From assembly GCA_963924565.1 (NCBI GenBank), contig OZ004610.1, forward strand, positions 9,920,001-9,984,000: a stretch of 64,000 bases of DNA. The letters are read 5' to 3'. The number at the start of each line of letters is the position of its first letter. Position 1 is the stretch's first letter. The translations under genes and the position numbers were made by a program. A model generated the notes under the pieces. It did no database searches. It had not been told where the DNA came from and saw nothing but the letters and a program-made list of their open reading frames with translations. Below are positions 52,378-61,700 of this stretch, in pieces. The stretch comes from Ascidiella aspersa (lineage: Eukaryota).

Positions 52378-54490
52378 CTAATCGTTCTTTACGTCACTGG
52401 AGCGCATGTTGACAAGACAACGGCAAACCATTCCAACACTGCGGAAGGAAAAGAAGGCTAGAAATAAGTATTATTGTGAAATAATTTGATTACTATCTAC
52501 ACGAAACGAACTATTGACACTAAATGTAAAAATGGGAACATTGGGTGTACCTTAGAAGAGCTACAAGACCCGCTGGCATAAACTTCTTGGTGGCAACAAA
52601 TCGATATCCCATCAATCCACCAAGTGATAGTGAAACACCTTAAAAATACAATAATATGAGGCTATGAGCAATATGTAGACCGAAATGCACGTGGTTAAGT
52701 ATTTATCAACCAATTTTATAGAAAAAGTTTTAACTATTTGAAGTGTGTGATGACTTGACTTAAGTAACTCTTTTCAAATGGAGTGACAAGATCTTAGCCT
52801 TGGAAAAGGAAAACGACTTGACTAGAAATCAATTGAATAAATGAATTCACTTGAGACTTTCTCGCAGAAGTGTGATTTAATTCAGGGGTCGGCAACCTTT
52901 TTGGCCCTGCGGACCGGTTTGAAACTTGAAATTTTCCGCGGACCGGCTTTAAAAAAAAACAAATGTTCAGTAAAGGTAGTTTATTAAAACATTTTTTCAA
53001 TGAACTAATTGAAATGCATACGCTTGTGTAACACTTTCCTGCCTGAACATCAAAATAATAAATCGTTTTTCAATGCATCTCATATGGTCACAGCACACTG
53101 GTTTGTTTTGAACCTCACGAGTGATTAATACTAATTGCGATTTTTTATCAAACTATCAACCATGGAGTATGTTGAAACGAAAGTTAATGTGTTTTGATAG
53201 AAAACTACATTTAATTGATTTTGAATTATTTCTTAGTTTTTAGCATTTTATGTACGGTTTGGGTTTGAATTAAAATTTTAATCTGGCAACCCTGCTACGG
53301 ACCGGTAACAAACTCCTCGCGGATTGGCACCGGTCCGCGGACCGGTGGTTGCCGACCACTGATTTAGCTGACTACATTTCGGTTACTTTCGTCAATTATT
53401 AAATGTAAAAATCCTAGCTTGCTATTTTGGTTATGTTTTTCATGTGTGTTTTGAAAAATATTGCTCAAAATAGAGCGTGTTCCTGTTTTCTAGATATAAC
53501 ATTTATTGAAACTTGTTATGTCAACCACTTGGAATTGGGTAACTAAAGAATTTGACTTAAACTTGACTTGCGATTTGTTGACCACGACTTGACTAACACC
53601 CAAGTTGTTTTACGAAATGAAATCCAAACCACTTAGCTTAGTACAGTGCTTTTTAACCCGTGGGATGGTATGCATTTGTGCTGATGAAAAAAAATTGTAA
53701 TGAAGATGACTAAAGTCGTGCGGATGAATGCGTGGATAAAAATGGTGCATGTTATTATTTTTTATTATGTGTAATACAGTAATCCAATAAACTGGTGCGC
53801 CCACTTATTCATCACAGTGCAGTATTATAGTGTCGTATAGTGGTTCATTGCAGCTTAAGCTATCTATTTTATATCGGTCAAGGCTTTCGCACACGATTTT
53901 AATACACAAACCCTTTCATGGTTATTTCACAAATAAAACTAAAGGTTGTAAACTTACTGAGCTTGTTTCGTGCGGATGAAAATTTTCCGAAATAAAAAAG
54001 TGCGAAGGATGAAAAGCACCGGTTTAGTACAATTCACACATAATATTTTTTTATTACAAACCCAAACTGAGCCACAAGTCCGACGAATCAGCTGAAGTTC
54101 TGTAAGCTCCAAGTCCTGCTAGTCCTCCAAACAAAATTCCAGCACCAAGTGAGGCAGTGCTACCTAAAAAGATCTCATGATTTTACCGAATTGCTGTCCC
54201 TATTTTTTCATACAGTACTTAAAGATGAAATTGATACACCAAAAATCAAATGTAAAATACCCTCTCCAACATTTTAGTGACCTGTACTGTGTACAAGTCC
54301 CCTTCTTTAGCATGAAACGTGTTTGTAATACTAATAGAAGTAACAGTTTATATACAACACAAATGTTCAATGTGCTGTATATATATATTACTGGTAACAC
54401 ATACCCAATCTTACCTGCTTTAAGATAGCCTGTTATTCCACCTGCAGCCACAGTTGCTGCATAAGCAAAAGAAATCCAATCAATTCCCAT
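52378..54490 (-). CDS. TMEM14C: TMEM14-family small membrane protein (TMEM14C-like), 108 aa, 4 exons
   Basis: Exons 54490-54415, 54163-54062, 52638-52551, 52438-52378 give [46 protein letters not shown]...[41 protein letters not shown], with the family motifs GG..GY.KAGS..SL.AG..FG and RF....KFMPAGL. The paralog assignment is approximate. Confidence 0.9.
52883..53361. mobile_element. hAT-type MITE (TMEM14 intron 2)
   Basis: CAGGGGTCGGCAACC...GGTTGCCGACCACTG; GCGGACCGG subterminal repeats; TSD atttaatt/atttagct; contains a captured ATCTGGCAACCCTG end of the 50033 family at ~53281-53294. Confidence 0.85.
53644..54021. mobile_element. hAT-type MITE (TMEM14 intron 2)
   Basis: CAGTGCTTTT...AAAAGCACCG; TSD gcttagta/gtttagta; repeated GTGCGGATGAA motifs. 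Confidence 0.7.
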
Positions 54491-54667
54491 TACAAACTAT
54501 TTTCTTAAAGGTTTATATCCACAGTTTTGCTGAATAGAAAAAAAGATAAAATAAATATAAATATTACACTATACAAAATGACAATATTCGAACAAAGTAA
54601 TAAAAGAAGTCATTCTGCAAACACATATATATTATATATCATAATAAATACAGAGCACCTCTTAGTA

Positions 54668-55082
54668 CAGTAGTTCCCAAGTATGGGTCACAAAGGGTGA
54701 TAAAATGGATTGTGACGATACAAAGATAGGACTGATATAAATTTATCAATTATCATTTTTTTATTCAAACTTATCCCAACATAAATTGATTTGTTGCACC
54801 ACAAGCCTTTATTTAGGGTCAGATCACAGTTTTGGCAGCATTCATGTTACTTTGACATATACCAAGTTAAGATTAGTGGATTACAAAACTGTATTGAAGC
54901 TGAATGATTTAGTAAATGGGCAAGTGAAAAAAAACAATAAAAAATCCTTAAACTGCTTGTCATGAATTGACTAAATTTACTAAAAACTATCACATTACAT
55001 ACAAGTTTGCTGTGACTTGGTACAGGAGATGTTCACAAAAGTCAGAATCGGGTTGCATTTGAAAAAAGTTTGGGAACCACTG
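54668..55082. mobile_element. hAT-type MITE between VPS13B and TMEM14
   Basis: CAGTAGTTCCCAA...TTTGGGAACCACTG; TSD tcttagta/tcttagca. Confidence 0.8.
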
Positions 55083-55739
55083 TCTTAGCAAATTCTGTCA
55101 TATCCTAACTTAGCCTGAATAGACAAATCAGCAAATTGTTTTGAGTTAAATATCAGTAGCAATTGTTACAAAGCTAAAATTGCAAAAATATAATTCATAT
55201 TGTTAATATGTTTACATAAAAATCAAACCAGACTTGTAAGCCTTAGAATCTTATCAAAACAATTTGCTGAACAGCGCAATATTGCATTAAGGAACCATAC
55301 ACAATCATTTATAAGTTGTGCTAAACATACAAAGCATTGCACAGGAAAAAGAAACAAATATATTAATTTAAAATGGCACCCACAATACAGTAACAGGGAA
55401 TCCAATCAAAAATAAATGTAAAACATCTCCCAAATATTCAACATGGTACAGTATAAGCCTTTTTTAGACCAAGTGCATTCCAAAACTTCTGACCTTTTTT
55501 ACTTAACATGATCAGTAAATTTCTTTGCTCTTTACATCAAAAAATAACTTATTTATTTTCAAATTTAGTAAATGGCTACATAAATATGTTAGACAAGTGG
55601 CTAAAAGTATTCCGGTTATTACTTAGTGCCTTAACAACAAACCTGAAATACACTTTTGAGTACCACCAGTTTACAATAAATAATCATCATTTGACTTCAA
55701 AGTACTGGTTTATAATGCATTTAAAAACAAGATTCTTTG

Positions 55740-58700
55740 CTACCAAAGAAACCTGTTGCTTTTAGGTTTCACTTTATCAAAAATAGCACAAAAGAGTGCC
55801 GCTTCTGTCAATAGAATAGCACTTGCAGTATATTTAACAATGTCCTTCGTCTGTTGAGCTGAATCTTTCTTCAAGTGATCCTCTACACCCAGATACTCAG
55901 CAACTTTCTCCTTGTAAACAGAAACTTTTTCTGTTGACACTGACAAAACATGCTGTATTGTCAAAACACCGGCCATTACTTCCTGGTCATCAGCTTCAGT
56001 GAAAAGTTCAATGTCTTTAACTGGAAACGTGTTTTCCAGCCTGTCATCATCAGAACGTAAAATGTATAGATTTTCACTGGTCAAAAACAGTTCAGCTTTG
56101 AAGTCTACACCAACTGAACTGAACATTTGGACATCCAATGTGGCCAATACAGGGAGATTTCTCTTGCCTTGTTCTTTGCAAATAATCTTGTGGTAGTACT
56201 TGCTTGCAGAATTTAAAAATTCCTTCAAAGGCTTTTCTTTTGTTTTATACCGAACAGTCTTGTGTACCTCAAGACCAGCCTTGAGAAGAATACTTTCTCC
56301 AACCTTTGACAAAAGGCCCGCTGCACCTCCAATTGGTTTGGTCACAACTTTGACAAGTGCTTTTCCAACTACCTTGGTATATCCCTGTTTTTCTTTCTCT
56401 TCAGATTCATTTTTGAGGCTATGTTTAAAACTTGCAGTGACTGCACTGTGTTGCAGTGACTGATTGGCAGGTTCTAGATTTCTAGAAATTCCACTTGCAA
56501 TGTTGGTTATTGATCTTAAAGTTCCTGATGAGAAATGCTTCAGCAGAGAAGACACTCCATGAGCAAAACCACCAATGAAAGCTGTGGGGCCTCTCGAAAG
56601 CCCTTGGTATGGCATGACTATAAGATCTGTCACACCCTGTGCAAAACTTCTCAGTGTAGTAGCAGGATTTCCAAGAATGTCCAGTGAACCTAAAACCCAG
56701 CCAGCTCCAAACACAGCATCAGCAAAATAGTGCCTTGACAACTCTTGGACAAGTTCGTTTACAGTGGTATCGACATCACAGCAAACAAACTTCGAAAATG
56801 ATATGGCCCCTCTGTCAACTGACACATACACTTTTACGTCAGCTCTGAGACTAAGGAGCACAACAAAAGGGTGAACTGTCAGGGAGGAAAACCGAATCGG
56901 ATGGGTTACAGTAAAAATTTCACTTTTGAGAGAAGGTGAAATGAGATTTTCATCATGTGGTAACTGAGGCATAAAACTTTGAACTGATTCCAAGTACGAC
57001 TGCAGAAGAAGTGACAAGGTTCCAGCAAATGAGCCTTCTAACTTAAGCTGTATTGCACCTAATGCTATATCAACTGAGTCAAGCAGAAAGCACTCTGTTA
57101 AAGTTACATTAAATAGCAATGCTTTGTTGAGATTGTTTGTGGAATAAGTCGGACAGGACCACAGAAATACAGGAAAATCAGGAGCAAGAAACAGTTTGTT
57201 GTCAAGTTGAAATTCAGATAACGAAAGAACAACATACCATGATTTCGATAAAGGGTCACTTAAAGCAGAAAATGCAAGTTCAGAGAGGCAGATGTGCACC
57301 ACATCTGTGGGAAGTGATGCATTACTTGCATCATCCACCATTACCAATTTGACTTCTTTCAAATCAAGGCTTAGGTTTAAAGACATGCGGTCCATTTGGT
57401 CTACTTCGGAAACAGGATGCTTTTCTTCATCTTCATGTATTTTTATGGAAATGCAGCTGGCTTGTTTTGATACTGTAACATGCTTAAATCCCAGACCAGG
57501 TATTACAAATTTGTCAGTATAATTGAAGTCTGATACTAAAAAGTCAACCCAGTTGTTCTCTCCTTCAAGTGCAAACTGGAGTTTTATGGATTTGTTAACC
57601 CTTCTACACCTAGGAAAGCTCTCAGCATCCATATAGCTTTCAAAAGCAACATATTGGCCTGGAGATATACTGTGTATTGCAGAGGAAGTCACTTCGTCAG
57701 TCACTTCTCGAAAACACAAATGACATACTGTATCATTATGAATCTTGTACCGATAGCAGGTAATATCACTGAGAACCAGATACAAATGGTCATCTTCTGA
57801 GTGCTGTGTAAAAAGAAACTTTGTTACTTGAGCATCGTCACTGCTTCCTTGAAAATTTACTATACGTTTCACAAAGCTGTCTTTGACAGAAACAGCTGCA
57901 GAGGATTCATTTACATAGCAATACACGGAGCGGTCAGTAAAGTAGGATGACAAACTGGAACTATTGCCTGCATTTTCTACACAAATAAAAGAAGATGATG
58001 ATTCATCTGCTGATGATACAACGTTTTCACCTGCTTCTTCCAGAACTTCTTGAGCAATTAATGTTTGTTGGCTTTCAATCTGCCACGCTAATAGTGGTAT
58101 TGGGGACTTATTGTTGACTTCCAAGGCTGATCCCAAGTCGCAAATTAATTCTTCGTTTTGATTTACACAACCCTTTACTCTGAGATGAGAAACTGTTTCA
58201 GTGTTGTTTAAAAACCACCAAGTAGGAGAAATTGTTAAAATAAGTATGCCATGCCGTACACAAGAACTCAGGGTTAAATCTAGTATAGTTTTCTGCTTCC
58301 TTATTAGGACATTGTGAATGCTGTTAGGAAGAATTTCACCATGCTTCAAACTTTTCATTCTGGCAGGATGATCTGAAATGGAATTGCCAATCAGGTACAA
58401 CTTTTCACTACAGCAGCTGTTGCTAACCTGCAACCGAAAAGAACTATTGAAATGATGGGGCACCTCAATGTTACCAGGCTGAATGATGGTGATGGCATTT
58501 CCGGCAGAAATTAGACAAAGCACTTCACTTGTTTCATTTGCAATAAGGCACCAAGGTGTTATTTCCACCAACAGGGAATTGTTGAAAAGTGACAAATTTG
58601 CATGGATGTTACCATCACCGGCAGACCATACATCAGATGAAGAATCATTGTAGGACCTGTCATTGTATGGAAAATTGTTTTCCAATTTGCGGATTGGTTG

Positions 58701-61700
58701 GGATAAGTCGTGAGTCTCGTCCATTGAATACACCAGCGAACCGTGAATTGGAATTTTTGAATCGAAAGGGGACTGATTTTGATTGACTTGAATGGTAAGG
58801 TGGTGTGTTATGTAGGGAGATAACTGCAAGAGAGGCAGTTCTGTCCCTCTTCCAAGAATGTTTACAATGTAGGACTCACCTTTACTACGAGTTTCAACGT
58901 GAAGATAGGATGGTTTTGGTAAATGTGACCTTACACAAAAATGTGGCACTAATGTAATCCTACTTGTTAGTCCATCTCGATAATAACAAGCCTGACAGTA
59001 GATAGTATCTTTTACCTCATTCGGAAATTTAATTGAAACTGTATTGCCATTTGTTTTTACCAAATTAGAGATAGACAGTTTTTTCGGGTCATAATTGGTG
59101 CCAAGCACCTTAAAAGAAACGGTTGACACACTTGCTAGTTCCCAAAGAAAATCAAACGATTCATTTGATTGCAAGGCATACTCTTCTCTTGAGTCATCCA
59201 AGAACATTATCTGGCATTGTATATTTAATGGCAACTGATTAGTAACCCTTGTCTGCCCATTAAACACAAGAAAGTTCTTTGTTGGTCCAGAAAACTTTTT
59301 CTCAATTACTAGTCCATTAACCTGGTCTACAGTGCACAGCAACACTTCTTCGCCAATTGCAGAAAATGAATCTGACCAAATCCAATCAGGAACACCTTCG
59401 AGTGATACATGCAGTTTGGTATCAACTTTATGCGACCTCCAAGTGTAGGGCACAGTTTCACCTGGATCCAAACTTAAACATTCATCAGTCAGTGCTTGAC
59501 CAAACAGGATAGCTTTTACGGTGTTGTTTTTCACCTCTAAGCAGGTTGTGCCCTGGTTTGGCACATCTTCGGTAAGATTTGACAGTAGATAGGATAGTGT
59601 ATGAATAATCTTTTGGCTAACACGGATTTCCACTACATTGCTTTTGCTAGTACATGTCATGTCAATGGACTCTGTGTCTTTTTTAGCATGCATGCTGTAA
59701 AATTGCAGAGGAAATACTGGCAAGCAAGTCAGATTGCTGATGTCAACCACATTAATTGAAAGGGAAAGAGTAGAATCTATCACCCCGAGTACATCTTGTC
59801 CATGATTCCAAATGCGAATGGCAGCATTGATATCATTGACTTGAAACCAAATGCATTCCAAACCAGAATCAATGTATGCTGCATCTAATCCATCAAGGTT
59901 AAACTGCACTGTAAAGTTTGGTACAAATCTTGTGTTAAATATACTTTCTACTTGCATTGCAGCAGCCAGAGTCATGATGGATATCTTGCAGGAATCTGTG
60001 TTTTCAATTGCAACCCTCCACTTTGAAGAGCTGATTACTTTGTGGAATGGAGTAAAGTCATCAAACAGATTAAATTCAACTTCATCCGATTCTGACAATT
60101 CAAACTTTTTAATTTGGACATACGACTGGGTTGCATGATCAAAATATTCCAGGCCACACAGGAGTGTATTACCTAAGTGAGAGCTGGTAAAAGGCACTGG
60201 AGTGATGTGCACATGTCTAATGGCATTTGGTTTGCTGTAACACCAAGACATGTAGCTTTTCTCTTCATTATCTGAAAAGACAATTTGGTTTGATGTTGGT
60301 TCTTGTTTATTTGACACTATGTAAGTGTAGCTGCCTGTGCGAAGCTCGTCACTGTTGGAAACAGAAACATCTTGAGCAAACGAACTGGAAGACGAAGTAA
60401 CTTGGAAATGTGTGGATTTATTTTTCTGGGCAACCATGCCGGACCATTTTAACAAGTCTTGGTATATGCTTAACACAGCTTCAATTACACTTTTACTAAC
60501 AGAAGTTTTTAATTTGGTAATGTGAAAATCTGTTTTGTATAGTAGATGAAAATCATTTGACAATTTCTGAAGATGGCAACTTGCAATCAGCGTAACTGGA
60601 TAAACCAATGGAGTAAAGTCACTCTTTTTGCTTAACTGCATTTGTATTGCCAAATTTTGTACCTCACCATGAGCATTAATATTGTTCAATGAGCAGTGAG
60701 CATTAACTGTAAGACCATCTAAAGAGCAGCGCAGTGAGTTTAAAGCACAATTTACTTCTGCTACAACTTGGTTAGTTTCCAGTGAGATACTGGAAAACAG
60801 CTTTAAAGTTGATGGCCCATTGCCTGTTGAAACATAGGTTTGGTGGACTTCTGTCTTCGGAATAAAGTCATCTGTGATATTATGCAGAACATTTGCAAGG
60901 TTTTCACTTAGGTTTACTTTAACTGGGCGGCCAACCATAGCTTTTATGATGGCTTTGTTTGACAAAAAATGTTGTAAAGTCACAGTAGCAAATGAAGAGG
61001 GAACACCAGTTCTTCTGTCTGAGTCACCAGGTAAAGTTTGAAAAACATTTCTAGAAAAACAGGATTTCTCATGCACTAAACTTGCTTTAATTGTTTCATC
61101 ATTAGCCAAGTATATTGACAAGTCATGCAATTGTACTTCAAGACGTTGTTGAGTCCTTGAAATATGGATAACTACTGAAGGTTCACAAAAGAGAATGCAA
61201 AAAAGTGGCTTTACCTCTCGATCGTTGCTTCCAGGAACATATTTGTATACCACAATCTTTATATTATGTGCTGCTATTAATCCGTCCCCAATCAAGCTGG
61301 TTGAAACTGAAACCACTGGTTTTTCCCTGGTCACTGAAGATTCAGCCATACTTAAACCACTATCATTATGAGACAACTTTGGTGTCTTATAAACTTCCTT
61401 GCTTTTTGATAAACTACTGGTGCAGTCCTGCATCCAGTTTTCAGTAAGAGATTGCAGAACTTCAAGTTGAATTTTCGTAAAATGAAGCGTTACATCACTG
61501 GAGAAACTTGCTTCAAACGAAGGTCCACAAACAATTATCCATTTCTTCAATTTGTTTTGATACCATATGGATGGTGCAACTGTTGTTTGGAAATCAAAAT
61601 CCTGTACAATGGGATGAAATACAGGTTCATCGACAACATCACTTTTGCCTGTTAAATTCCACAATAGAGCTGGGTTATCATGGGGTATAGGTTTCGTCAT

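Noticed and set aside
52395-52457. Alternative TMEM14 last-exon acceptor at 52457 (SLLFLPQCW...)
   Set aside because: The acceptor at 52438 has the stronger pyrimidine tract and gives the family-like C-terminal helix.
52740-53600. GACTTGACTT-rich tracts (also ~26950-27190, ~42150-42270, ~48300-48370)
   Set aside because: Probably decayed subterminal repeats of another DNA-transposon family; the ends and TSDs could not be defined, so they are not annotated.
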